A program made the position numbers and the translations under genes. The notes below the pieces were generated by a model. The model ran no database searches. It was not told where the DNA came from and was given only the letters and a program-made list of their open reading frames with translations. A stretch of 34,861 bases of DNA from Candidatus Tagabacteria bacterium CG09_land_8_20_14_0_10_41_14 (GTDB taxonomy: Bacteria; Patescibacteriota; Minisyncoccia; JAHISW01; Tagabacteraceae), in the NCBI GenBank assembly GCA_002774055.1, contig PEZL01000005.1, positions 1,101 through 35,961 on the forward strand, in the 5' to 3' direction. Positions 6,688 to 15,094 of the stretch are shown piece after piece. How positions within the stretch are numbered: the stretch's first letter is position 1; each line of letters begins with the position of its first letter.

Positions 6688-8069
6688 ATATGCCTATTAA
6701 ACTTTCATTTTATGGAGGCGCGCAGGAGGTAACCGGCGCGAATTATCTCTTGGAATGTGGCCCTGACGCAAGGTCGGGGCGACCGGCAATAAAATTGCTG
6801 GTGGATTGCGGGCTTTTTCAGGGGGCAAAAACGGCGGAAGACGAAAATCGCAGGCCTTTTCCCTACAATCCTTCGGAGATTGACGCTTTGTTTGTCACCC
6901 ACGCGCATCTTGACCATATTGGCCGTATTCCGAAACTGGTTCGCGATGGTTTTTCCGGAAAAATTTTTTCCACAGGGCCGACCCGTGATTTCGCAGAACT
7001 TTCTCTTATTGATAGTCTGGGGATTTTAACCAAGGAGGCCCGTAGAGAGAACAAGGAAACTTTTTATTCTAAAGAGGATGTGGAAAAGGCGATGAGTTTA
7101 TGGGAAGTGTTGGAATATGATGAGATGTTTTCTTTGAAAGATGCGGAAATAACGCTTCGTGATGCCGGACATATTTTAGGTTCGGCCATGGTCGAAATGA
7201 AGGTTGAGGATAAAAAGATACTTTTTACCGGTGATTTGGGCAATCCGCCCGTTCCTTTGTTGAAAAGACCTTACGAGCCGAAAGATATTGACTATCTCAT
7301 TATAGAAAGCGCGTATGGAGATAAAGAGCATGAACCCGAAGAGAGTCGGAAAATAAAAATTGAACGCGCCATTGAGAAGGCGATTTTGAACAAGGGCGTT
7401 TTAATGGTGCCTGCTTTTTCGCTGGAGCGCACTCAGCAGTTGCTTTATGAGATTAATGATTTGGTGGAAAACAATCATATTCCGGCCGTGCCGATTTTTT
7501 TGGACAGCCCTTTGGCGATTAAGATGACGGATGTTTATAAAAAATACGAAAGTTTTTATAACAAGAAAGCTAAATTTATCATTTCTTCAGGGGATGATGT
7601 ATTTAATTTTCCCGGTTTGAAGATGACTTTAACCACCGAAGAGTCAAAAGCAATTAATGAAGTACCGCCCCCAAAAGTTGTCATTGCCGGCGCGGGAATG
7701 TCTACAGGCGGCAGGATAATTCATCATGAAAAAAGATATTTGCCGGATAAAAACAGTATTTTGCTGATTATTGGTTACCAGGCCGCCGGTTCTTTGGGCC
7801 GCCAATTGGTTGAAGGTGTCAGGGAGGTGAAGATTTTTGGAGAAGAAGTGCCGGTGAACGCGGAGGTTGTGTCAATAAGAGGGTATTCGGCTCACGCGGA
7901 CACGAATGGCCTTTTTGATTTTGTGGATGAGATTTCAGAAAAATTAAAAAAAGTTTTTGTGGTGCAGGGCGAGGCGCGCGCTTCTTTGTTTTTTAGCCAG
8001 CGCGTCCGTGATTATTTGGCAAAAGAAGCCGTGGTGCCAAAACTTGGTGATACCTTTGAATTGGTGTAA
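6684..8069 (+). CDS. MBL-fold beta-CASP family nuclease (CPSF / RNase J-like)
   Basis: 461 aa with VTHAHLDHIGRIP (HxHxDH), DAGHILGS, FTGDLGN and GYSAHAD near the C-terminus. ATGA overlap with the ndk stop. Confidence 0.8.
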   Translation: MNMPIKLSFYGGAQEVTGANYLLECGPDARSGRPAIKLLVDCGLFQGAKTAEDENRRPFPYNPSEIDALFVTHAHLDHIGRIPKLVRDGFSGKIFSTGPTRDFAELSLIDSLGILTKEARRENKETFYSKEDVEKAMSLWEVLEYDEMFSLKDAEITLRDAGHILGSAMVEMKVEDKKILFTGDLGNPPVPLLKRPYEPKDIDYLIIESAYGDKEHEPEESRKIKIERAIEKAILNKGVLMVPAFSLERTQQLLYEINDLVENNHIPAVPIFLDSPLAIKMTDVYKKYESFYNKKAKFIISSGDDVFNFPGLKMTLTTEESKAINEVPPPKVVIAGAGMSTGGRIIHHEKRYLPDKNSILLIIGYQAAGSLGRQLVEGVREVKIFGEEVPVNAEVVSIRGYSAHADTNGLFDFVDEISEKLKKVFVVQGEARASLFFSQRVRDYLAKEAVVPKLGDTFELV

Positions 8070-8078
8070 AATAGGAGT

Positions 8079-8657
8079 ATGGTGAAGCCCGGAGAAAAAA
8101 CTTATCTAAAATATAAAATTTGCGTTTCAGGCGCGGCGGAAACAGGCCATTGCGCGGCCGGTACCTTGGAAAAATCCAAGCAGTTGGGAAAGGAGATAGT
8201 CAAACATAACGCTGTTTTGGTGAACGGCGCGACAACGGGTTTTCCTTTGTGGGCCGCCATGGGCGCCCAGGAAGCCGGCGGTTTTACCATTGGTCTTTCT
8301 CCCGCTTCATCCGAAAAAGAGCATATTAACGATTATAAACTCCCGGTTGATTATATGGATATTATTATTTACACAGGTTTCGGCTATGCGGGCAGGAATC
8401 TTTTGTTAACCCGTTCGTCAGATGCTGTGATTGTTGGCTGCGGCAGAATAGGCACTTTGAACGAGTTTACTGTTGCCTTTGAAGATGATAAGCCGATAGG
8501 TATTTTAATTGATACGGGAGGGACGGCCGATATGGTAAAAAAAATTGTGGATAATTCGCATCGCGGTCCGGGAAAGATTATTTACGAATCCGACCCTAAA
8601 TTGCTGGTGGAAAAAGTTTTAGAAATGATAAAAAAGGAGAAAATTATTGAGTTATAA
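8079..8657 (+). CDS. LOG / TIGR00725-like Rossmann-fold nucleotide-binding protein
   Basis: 192 aa with ICVSGAA..., VNGATTGFPLWAAMGAQEAGGFTIGLSP and DAVIVGCGRIGTLNEF, the pattern of the 'possible lysine decarboxylase'/LOG family. Confidence 0.6.
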   Translation: MVKPGEKTYLKYKICVSGAAETGHCAAGTLEKSKQLGKEIVKHNAVLVNGATTGFPLWAAMGAQEAGGFTIGLSPASSEKEHINDYKLPVDYMDIIIYTGFGYAGRNLLLTRSSDAVIVGCGRIGTLNEFTVAFEDDKPIGILIDTGGTADMVKKIVDNSHRGPGKIIYESDPKLLVEKVLEMIKKEKIIEL

Positions 8658-8671
8658 TTTATCAGTTTGTC

Positions 8672-9121
8672 ATGTTTGATATAATTTTATCTTCGTCTTT
8701 GTTTCAAATCTTTTTGGCCGCGGTTTTAGGCATGGTGATTGGTTTTGAAAGAGAGCGCATGGATAAACCGGCCGGCCTGCGAACTTATGCTTTGGTTTCT
8801 CTTGGCTCTGCCTTGTTTACAATTCTCTCGGCTACCGGTTTTAAGCACTTTGAGGGCAGTGTGGGTTATGATCCGAGCCGTATTGCCAGTCAAATTGTGG
8901 TGGGAATCGGATTTTTAGGCGCGGGCATAATATTTTTCACTAAAGCAAAAGTGAGAGGATTAACCACGGCTGCCGCTGTTTGGGTTTCCGCCGCGATAGG
9001 CATGGCCGTGGGTTTGGAATTTTATTCCGTAGCCGTTTTTACCACCCTTTTGACTGTTTTGATTCTTTGGTTTTTGCGTATCGCTGAAGCAGGGATTGAT
9101 AAAAGAAATGAGATTTCTTAA
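8672..9121 (+). CDS. MgtC/SapB family membrane protein
   Basis: 149 aa, hydrophobic, with the family signature GMVIGFERERMDKPAGLRTYALVSLGSALF. Confidence 0.75.
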   Translation: MFDIILSSSLFQIFLAAVLGMVIGFERERMDKPAGLRTYALVSLGSALFTILSATGFKHFEGSVGYDPSRIASQIVVGIGFLGAGIIFFTKAKVRGLTTAAAVWVSAAIGMAVGLEFYSVAVFTTLLTVLILWFLRIAEAGIDKRNEIS

Positions 9122-10238
9122 GGCGTTTGGAATTATCGTTGGTTTGATGTTCGGGGCGGGTATTTTCGCTCTTCCTTTTGCTATCGCGGCCGCGGGTGTT
9201 TTTTGGGGTCTTGTTCATCTGCTTATTGCTCTTTGTCTTATGATTTTTATGCTTTTTTTGTATGCCGGCGTAATCCATTATACGGAAGGAAAACACCGTT
9301 TTACCGGGTATGTGGAAAGAGTTCTCGGCAGGCAATATAAAAAAATTGCCTTTTTTGTTACTTTGGTTGTTTATTATTTTGTTTTGCTTGCTTATGGCGT
9401 GTTGGGCGGGCTTTTTCTTTCCAATTTTTTTAAAGGCAATTATGCCGTGGTTTTGTCTTTTTTGTTTTTTGGCGTTGGCGCTTTTCTGGTTTTTTTGAAA
9501 TTGGAAAAAATAGCCCTGGCGAATCTTTATTTAAGTTTGCCTTTGTTCGCTTTTGTTCTTTTTCTTTTGTTTTTTTCTTTTAATTTTTTGGATTTGGGAA
9601 ATTTTTCCTGGGGTTTGAGTAATTTTTCTTTTTCTGACGTTTCCTGGTTTTTGCCTTATGGTGTGTGGATTTTTTCTCTTACTGCCTTCGCAGCCATCCC
9701 TGAAGCGCATGATGTTGTCGGGTCTTGTGAATTAAAAAAATTCAAGAAGGTTATATTGGTTAGCGTATTATTGTCCGCTTTATTTTATAGTGTGTTTATC
9801 TTCAATATTATCGGTATTAGCGGAGCGCAGACAAGCGAGGATTCGCTTGGCGGCCTTTCGGGTATTGTGAATCGGGAGATTATTTTGCTCGGTTCAATCA
9901 TAGGCATACTGGCAGTTTTTACTTCTTTTTTGCTTATGGCAGCTGATTTGCGAGATAGTTTTCGTTTTGATTTCGGTTTCCCAAAAACCCTGGCGTGGTT
10001 TTTTACCATTGTGCCTCCGGTTTTGCTTTTTTCTTTTGGCGTGCAGGATTTCACCAGAATTATCGGTTTGTCCGGTTCTTTGGGAATGGGTTTTATCGGT
10101 ACCTTTCTTGTTCTTATGGCATGGAAAATGAAAGAGAAGGTGTTTTTTGTAAATAGCAAGGCGACTGCTGTTTTGAGTGTTTTTGCCGTGGCCGCCATTT
10201 TGCTTGCGGTTGCTTATGAAATTTATAATGTGCTATAA
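9096..10238 (+). CDS. Multi-pass membrane transporter, amino-acid-permease-like
   Basis: 380-aa hydrophobic ORF. The N-terminal GIIVGLMFGAGIFALPFAIAAAG resembles the first TM motif of Aa_trans/Mtr-TnaB type permeases. An alternative ATG at 9108 gives MRFLKAF. Confidence 0.5.
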   Translation: MIKEMRFLKAFGIIVGLMFGAGIFALPFAIAAAGVFWGLVHLLIALCLMIFMLFLYAGVIHYTEGKHRFTGYVERVLGRQYKKIAFFVTLVVYYFVLLAYGVLGGLFLSNFFKGNYAVVLSFLFFGVGAFLVFLKLEKIALANLYLSLPLFAFVLFLLFFSFNFLDLGNFSWGLSNFSFSDVSWFLPYGVWIFSLTAFAAIPEAHDVVGSCELKKFKKVILVSVLLSALFYSVFIFNIIGISGAQTSEDSLGGLSGIVNREIILLGSIIGILAVFTSFLLMAADLRDSFRFDFGFPKTLAWFFTIVPPVLLFSFGVQDFTRIIGLSGSLGMGFIGTFLVLMAWKMKEKVFFVNSKATAVLSVFAVAAILLAVAYEIYNVL

Positions 10239-10303
10239 TTAATAAGGTAATTGGAAAAGAGAAATAAGGTCGTTTTTTAGTTTAAATTAAAATAAAAATA
10301 ATC

Positions 10304-10549
10304 ATGAGTATTTTTGGAGAACTTTGGAATAAGATTTCCGGTTCAGCGGAGGCAGATCAGGGTGTTTCAGCGGATCAGCCGGGTGGTGAACCAATGAAAA
10401 TGCCCCAGCAGCCAATGACCCCTTCCGGAGATGAGGAAAAAGAAGCGCCGGTCATTAATCCACAACCCCAGCCCCAGCCTCAATCTCAGCCCGAAGAGGA
10501 GAAAATAGAAGAAAAAGAGCTGGAAACGCCGGAAACGCCGGAAATGTAA
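10304..10549 (+). CDS. Small acidic Pro/Gln/Glu-rich protein (hypothetical)
   Basis: 81-aa ORF with an ATG start, whose stop abuts the next gene's ATG (TAAATG). It is low-complexity (PQPQPQPQSQPEEE), so coding status is uncertain. Confidence 0.35.
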   Translation: MSIFGELWNKISGSAEADQGVSADQPGGEPMKMPQQPMTPSGDEEKEAPVINPQPQPQPQSQPEEEKIEEKELETPETPEM

Positions 10550-11821
10550 ATGAAGATTATTGCTGATTTGCATATTCATTCTAAATATTCTCGGGCAGTG
10601 TCTGGAGATATGACGCTTGAGAATATAGCTTCGCACGCGCGGAAAAAAGGTATACAGGTGGTGGCTACCGGCGACTTCACGCATCCTGCCTGGTTTGGTG
10701 AAATAAAAAATAAACTACAACCGGCGGAAGAAGGACTTTTCAATCTCAAACCTCAAATCTCAAATCTCAAATCTCCAGACACACGATTCATGCTTACGGT
10801 GGAGATTGCTTGTATTTATTCAAAAGGCGGAAAGGTAAGACGGCTTCATCATGTTGTGTTCGCGCCTACAATTGAGGCGGTTGAAAAAATTAATAAAAAA
10901 CTTGCGTGGATAGGAAATCTGAAATCAGACGGCAGACCCATGCTGGGACTGGATTCGAGAAAACTTTTAGAAATAATTCTGGAGGCGGATTCAAGATGTG
11001 TTTTAGTTCCGGCGCATTGTTGGACTCCGTGGTTTTCTATTTTCGGCTCAATGTCCGGATTTGATTCTATTGAGGAATGTTTTGATGAAATGAGCCCGCA
11101 TATTTTTGCCGTTGAAACAGGCTTGTCTTCCGACCCGCCAATGAACTGGCGGTTATCGAGTTTGGATAATGTTTCTTTGATTTCTAATTCAGACGCGCAT
11201 TCTCTTTCAAAACTTGGCAGAGAGGCAAATGTTTTTGACTGCGGGTTGTCTTACGCTGAAATCGTGTCGGCGATCAAAGAAAGAAATCCTGAAAGATTTT
11301 TGTACACAATAGAATTTTTTCCGGAGGAAGGGAAGTATTATTACGACGGACATCGTAATTGCGGAATTGTTTTTTCTCCGGAACAAACAAAAAAACATAA
11401 TGGATTGTGTCCGAAGTGCGGAAAAAAATTGACGGTGGGAGTTTTGAGCAGAGTAGACGAGCTGGCTGACAGAAAGGACGAACTTGTTCCGGACCGAGCC
11501 AAGAGAGTTCCTTATAAAAGTTTAATTCCCTTGGTTGAAGTGATTGCCGGGGCAAAAGGCGTTGGTCCGCAGACTAAAACCGTAGCAGTGGAATATGATA
11601 AATTGATTAGTAAATTTGGCTCCGAGTTTTTTGTTTTGTTGGACGCGCCCATTGATGAAATTGAACAGATTGTTGATTCTAAAATCGCGGAAGGTATAAA
11701 AAGAATGAGAGAAGGTAATGTAAAAATTGAACCGGGCTATGACGGAGAGTTTGGAAAAATAAAACTGTTTGATGAAGGAGAAAAAATGGAAGAAGAAAAA
11801 AAACAAAAAAGTTTATTTTGA
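10550..11821 (+). CDS. PHP-domain endonuclease, EndoQ-like (TIGR00375-type)
   Basis: 423 aa. The N-terminus MKIIADLHIHSKYSRAVSGDMTLENIA...VATGDFTHPAW is a PHP metal-binding pattern. A CPKCGKKLTVGVLSRVDELAD zinc-finger segment follows. The architecture matches endonuclease Q family proteins. Confidence 0.65.
   Translation: MKIIADLHIHSKYSRAVSGDMTLENIASHARKKGIQVVATGDFTHPAWFGEIKNKLQPAEEGLFNLKPQISNLKSPDTRFMLTVEIACIYSKGGKVRRLHHVVFAPTIEAVEKINKKLAWIGNLKSDGRPMLGLDSRKLLEIILEADSRCVLVPAHCWTPWFSIFGSMSGFDSIEECFDEMSPHIFAVETGLSSDPPMNWRLSSLDNVSLISNSDAHSLSKLGREANVFDCGLSYAEIVSAIKERNPERFLYTIEFFPEEGKYYYDGHRNCGIVFSPEQTKKHNGLCPKCGKKLTVGVLSRVDELADRKDELVPDRAKRVPYKSLIPLVEVIAGAKGVGPQTKTVAVEYDKLISKFGSEFFVLLDAPIDEIEQIVDSKIAEGIKRMREGNVKIEPGYDGEFGKIKLFDEGEKMEEEKKQKSLF
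10744..10778. repeat. Tandem heptanucleotide repeat (T/C)CTCAAA x4 plus a partial unit, inside the EndoQ-like CDS
   Basis: tctcaaa cctcaaa tctcaaa tctcaaa tctccag, encoding ...LKPQISNLKSP... Confidence 0.9.
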
Positions 11822-11842
11822 AAATTGAATTACCCCGCAACC

Positions 11843-11874
11843 AAAAAAAAGAAGCCCCGAGCGTTGCCGAGGCT
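11843..11874 (-). terminator. Rho-independent terminator on the minus strand
   Basis: The minus strand reads AGCCUCG-GCAACGCU-CGGGGCU-UCUUUUUUUU: a 7-bp stem with one G.U pair, followed by a U8 tract. On the plus strand the same position would be a C.A mismatch. Confidence 0.7.
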
Positions 11875-12049
11875 TTTAGGAAGATTGTCTCGCTGTGCGA
11901 GATCCCGCGTAGCGGGAAAAATTGTAAAGGTCCTATATTTATAACGCGGGGAAAGAAGATTAAAACTCTTGAATTATTTTATTTCGTTATACTACCGGAC
12001 TCTTGGAGAAAAAATCTCCTTTCCCTGCATTTTTCAAAACTGTAATTCT
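11843..12049 (-). ncRNA. Candidate structured small RNA of unknown class, about 200 nt
   Basis: Bounded by a TTGACA-16-TAAAAT promoter (12056..12083, minus) and the terminator at 11843..11874. Contains hairpins CCCGC-UAC-GCGGG, UCUCGC-ACA-GCGAGA and GGAGA-U6-UCUCC, and a 13-bp helix GGGAAAGGAGAUU/AAUCUUCUUUCCC. The longest ATG-initiated minus-strand frame is only 12 codons. No minus-strand protein gene lies nearby. Confidence 0.5.
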
Positions 12050-12055
12050 GTTTTA

Positions 12056-12083
12056 ATTTTATTGTTGTTAAAAAAGATGTCAA
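12056..12083 (-). promoter_or_regulatory. Near-consensus sigma70-type promoter (TTGACA-16-TAAAAT) on the minus strand
   Basis: The plus strand shows ATTTTA at 12056..12061 and TGTCAA at 12078..12083. It points towards the candidate sRNA. Confidence 0.5.
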
Positions 12084-12259
12084 TAAAAAAGCTGTGGATA
12101 ACTATTTTTTAGAATTTCTAATTTTGTAATTTTATAATTTTGTAAATAAATCTTAATTTTTAAAAATTGAAACATTAAAAAATTATTTAAAAATTTCAAA
12201 AATTAAAAATTAAAAATTAAGATAACGATTAAGCCGTATATTCAATATATTCAATAAAA

Positions 12260-14005
12260 ATGAATCAAGAAATAGCAAAAATATTTTATGAAATCGCGGA
12301 AATTCTTGAGATGAAAGAAGTGGCTTTTAAGCCGCGGGCTTATCAAAAGGCGGCCCAATCTATCCAAGGTTTAGACGAAAATGTCAAGACTATTTTTGAA
12401 AAAAAAGGTATTAAGGGCTTGGAGGAAATTTCAGGCGTTGGTGAAGGTATTGCCGAGCGGATTGTTGAATATATAAAAAAGGGGAAAATAAAAGGTTATG
12501 AAAAATTAAAAAAAGAAATGCCTGTTAACATTTCCGAACTCGTTTCAATAGAAGGCGTGGGGCCGAAGTTGATAAAACTTTTTTACGAAAAATTAAAAGT
12601 GAGAAATATAAATGATTTGGAAAAGGCGGCGCGTCATGGAAAAATTTCTACTTTGCCTCGTTGCGGAAAAAAACTGGAACAAAAAATTTTACAAGGGATT
12701 GAGTTTTATAAAAAATCACATGAAAGATTTTTGTTGGGCGATGTTTTTGAGTTGGCGGAAAAAATCAAAAGCCGTTTGTCTGAGTTAAAAGAAACGGAGA
12801 AAATTGAAGCGGCCGGCTCTTTTAGAAGAAAAAAAGAAACAATTGGCGATTTGGATATTTTGGTTGTTTCAGAAAAACCAAAAAAGGTGATGGATTTTTT
12901 TGTTTCAATGCCGGAAGTGCGGCATGTATATGGCAAGGGATTGAAAAAAACAATGGTGCGTTTGAGCAACGGATTGGATGTGGATTTAAGGGTGGTGGAT
13001 GAAAAATCTTTCGGCTCGGCTCTGCAGTATTTTACCGGCAATAAGGCGCATAATATTGAATTAAGAAAAATTGCGCTCAAGAAAAAATACAAGCTGAATG
13101 AATACGGATTGTTTAAAGTTGGAAGTAAAAAGTCAGAAGTTAGAATCGCCGGCCAAAACGAAAAGGAAATTTATAAAAAACTTGGCTTGCAATTTATGCC
13201 GCCGGAAACGAGAGAAAATACCGGCGAGATTGAACTGGCTCAAAAAAATAAATTGTCTGAGTTTATTGAAGAGAAAGATATAAAAGGCGACCTGCATATT
13301 CATTCGCATTGGAAAGTGAAAAAGGGATTGATTAAAGAAAGAATCAAAAAAGCCAAAGAACTGGGTTATGAATATTTAGGAATTTCCGACCATACGAAAT
13401 TTTTGGCCATTGAGCATGGATTAAACGAGCAAGATTTATTGAAGCAATCAAAAGAAATTGAACGTTTCAGGCTGCATGTTTCAGGTTTCAAGATTTTGCA
13501 TGGCTGCGAAGCGAATATTTTGACTGACGGCTCTATTGATATTGATGACAAAGTTTTGTCCAAGCTGGATTATGTTATTGCCGGCGTTCATTCCCAAATG
13601 AAAATGTCAAAGGAAAAAATGACCGAAAGAATAATCACGGCCATGAAAAATCCGCATGTTGATATCATTGCTCATCTGACAGGAAGGGTCATACAGCGCA
13701 GGGAAGAATACGAAATTGATTTTGATAAAATTTTGCGGGTTGCCAAAGAAACCGGCACAATTTTGGAAATAAATGCCAACCCGGTTAGGCTGGATTTGAA
13801 TGACGTCAAGATAAGGAAAGCCAAAGAGTTCGGAGTTAAAATGATTATTAGCTCTGACGCGCATCAAAATGAACAGATGGATTTGATGAAATTCGGCGTC
13901 TGGCAAGCCCGTCGCGGCTGGGCCGAGAAAAAGGATATCGTAAACACGATGTCTTTCAAAGAAATCTCCGGTCTTTTCAAAAAGCCCAAAAAGAAGAGGT
14001 TTTAA
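12260..14005 (+). CDS. polX: DNA polymerase X family protein with a C-terminal PHP domain
   Basis: 581 aa. N-terminal HhH repeats (GVGEGIAERI, GVGPKLIK), the Pol-beta nucleotidyltransferase core AAGSFRRKKETIGDLDILV, then the PHP domain GDLHIHS...GISDHT...SSDAH. Confidence 0.9.
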   Translation: MNQEIAKIFYEIAEILEMKEVAFKPRAYQKAAQSIQGLDENVKTIFEKKGIKGLEEISGVGEGIAERIVEYIKKGKIKGYEKLKKEMPVNISELVSIEGVGPKLIKLFYEKLKVRNINDLEKAARHGKISTLPRCGKKLEQKILQGIEFYKKSHERFLLGDVFELAEKIKSRLSELKETEKIEAAGSFRRKKETIGDLDILVVSEKPKKVMDFFVSMPEVRHVYGKGLKKTMVRLSNGLDVDLRVVDEKSFGSALQYFTGNKAHNIELRKIALKKKYKLNEYGLFKVGSKKSEVRIAGQNEKEIYKKLGLQFMPPETRENTGEIELAQKNKLSEFIEEKDIKGDLHIHSHWKVKKGLIKERIKKAKELGYEYLGISDHTKFLAIEHGLNEQDLLKQSKEIERFRLHVSGFKILHGCEANILTDGSIDIDDKVLSKLDYVIAGVHSQMKMSKEKMTERIITAMKNPHVDIIAHLTGRVIQRREEYEIDFDKILRVAKETGTILEINANPVRLDLNDVKIRKAKEFGVKMIISSDAHQNEQMDLMKFGVWQARRGWAEKKDIVNTMSFKEISGLFKKPKKKRF

Positions 14006-14006
14006 G

Positions 14007-14052
14007 ATGAACGTTCATTGAACATTCCATGGTATGTTCAATGGTATGTTCA
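14007..14052. repeat. Cluster of palindromes and direct repeats between the convergent polX and ssrA genes
   Basis: 12-nt palindrome ATGAACGTTCAT (14007..14018). Inverted repeat TGAACAT/ATGTTCA (14019..14025 and 14034..14040). Exact tandem 12-mer ATGGTATGTTCA x2 (14029..14052). Confidence 0.85.
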
Positions 14053-14060
14053 ATTTGTCG

Positions 14061-14405
14061 GGTGGAGATGGCGGGAATCGAACCCGCGTGCAAAAAGTTT
14101 TTCAAAATGAATCTACATGCTTATCCTGATTTGTTTAACTCAAAAAATATAAACCAGGCAAAAATTTTTTGAGGGTGATTCTAGTTTTTAATAATTTCTT
14201 CGAATCAGGAGAAATTATCTATCTCAAAAAATGACACTCGCGATTGTCTATTGAGAATCGGCAGGCGAGCGTGCTTTAAGCGTATGCTAAAGCAGGAGTT
14301 TTGAATAAGTTTGCACTTATTTGATTTCTAAAAGTTTAACGAGGTTTTAGAATACTCGGCATGCACGATTTTGAAAAAGGCTTTTTGTCGATGCCGATCA
14401 TCCCC
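14061..14405 (-). ncRNA. ssrA: tmRNA (transfer-messenger RNA)
   Basis: The minus strand starts GGGGAUGAUCGGCAUCGACA and ends GCGGGUUCGAUUCCCGCCAUCUCCACC. The acceptor stem GGGGAUG/CAUCUCC has the G3:U pair, with a T-arm GCGGG-UUCGAUU-CCCGC. The tag frame GCA AAC TTA TTC AAA ACT CCT GCT TTA GCA TAC GCT TAA encodes ANLFKTPALAYA* (14276..14314). It lies immediately downstream of smpB. Confidence 0.9.
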
Positions 14406-14844
14406 GATTTTTCAACTCTCTTTCAACGTCTCTTTTCATGTCGCGCGCTTTGATTTTTTCTCTTTTGTCGTATTTTTTCAGCCCGCGAGCCACACCGAAA
14501 GAAACTTTGATTACGCCGCCTTTAGTATAAACATATAAAGGTATTAATGTCAATCCTTTTTGCTTGTCTTTTCCTTCTAAATAATCTATTTCTTTTTTAT
14601 TAAGCAATAGTTTTCTGGTGCGCATGGAGTCGTAGTCGGGTATCATGTTTTTGGGCTGATATGGCCCTATTTCCATACCTATTATAAAAGCTTCGCCGCC
14701 TCGTATAATTATATGAGAACCTGCCAAAGAACCTCTTTTTAATTTAAGGGATCTTACTTCAAATCCCTGAAGACGTATGCCGGCCTCAAACTTTTCCATA
14801 ATCTCATAATCAAATCGGGCCTTTTTGTTGTCTAATAAGGTCAT
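14398..14844 (-). CDS. smpB: SsrA-binding protein SmpB
   Basis: 148 aa with NKKARFDYEI, GIRLQGFEVRSLK, LLLNKKEI and a basic C-terminal tail. The 3' end overlaps the first 8 nt of ssrA. Confidence 0.92.
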   Translation of the reverse strand: MTLLDNKKARFDYEIMEKFEAGIRLQGFEVRSLKLKRGSLAGSHIIIRGGEAFIIGMEIGPYQPKNMIPDYDSMRTRKLLLNKKEIDYLEGKDKQKGLTLIPLYVYTKGGVIKVSFGVARGLKKYDKREKIKARDMKRDVERELKNRG

Positions 14845-14845
14845 A

Positions 14846-15091
14846 CTAAAGATTGTGATAGGTTTTCTCGTTTCGCAGTTTTATAGAATCAATGACGGCT
14901 TCATCGTTGATTTCGAAATGAAAGATAATTCTAAAGTCGCCTTTGCGAATTTTATAAAAATCACTGTCTTTTATTTTTTCTGTTCTTAGATTTTGTCTTT
15001 TGTTTTTATCCAGGAGTTCGTTAACAAGCGCTAAGAGTTTAGCTCTGTCCTTTTTGGAAATCTTTCGAAAAAGTTTTTCGATTTTTTCCAT
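14846..15091 (-). CDS. Type II toxin, RelE/ParE superfamily
   Basis: 81 aa. FYKIRKGDFRIIFHFEINDEAVIDSIKLRNEKTY matches the RelE/StbE core pattern (YRxRxGDYRxIY...I..I.hR...Y). It sits 3 nt downstream of a small antitoxin-like ORF. Confidence 0.7.
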   Translation of the reverse strand: MEKIEKLFRKISKKDRAKLLALVNELLDKNKRQNLRTEKIKDSDFYKIRKGDFRIIFHFEINDEAVIDSIKLRNEKTYHNL

Positions 15092-15094
15092 GAA

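Noticed and set aside
11818-12045. 75-aa plus-strand ORF in the gap between the EndoQ-like gene and polX
   Set aside because: It has a TTG start overlapping the upstream stop and no recognisable protein features. The region is better explained by helices whose G.U pairs favour the minus strand, bracketed by a minus-strand promoter and terminator.
12100-12235. AT-rich reiterated motifs (aattttgtaattttataattttgtaaat; aaaaattaaaaattaaaaatt) that might be mistaken for a repeat array or CRISPR
   Set aside because: These are short, degenerate, low-complexity A/T repeats without regular spacer-sized unique sequences. No cas genes are in the window.
12046-12259. Possible replication origin: a very AT-rich 200-nt stretch with a perfect DnaA box TGTGGATAA at 12093..12101. 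A second perfect box, TTATCCACA, lies at 763..771.
   Set aside because: There is only one perfect box per locus, and I could not see a cluster of boxes. No dnaA or dnaN gene is nearby. The box at 12093 lies just upstream of the -35 hexamer of the candidate sRNA promoter. Cumulative GC-skew analysis on the whole contig would be needed to revisit this.
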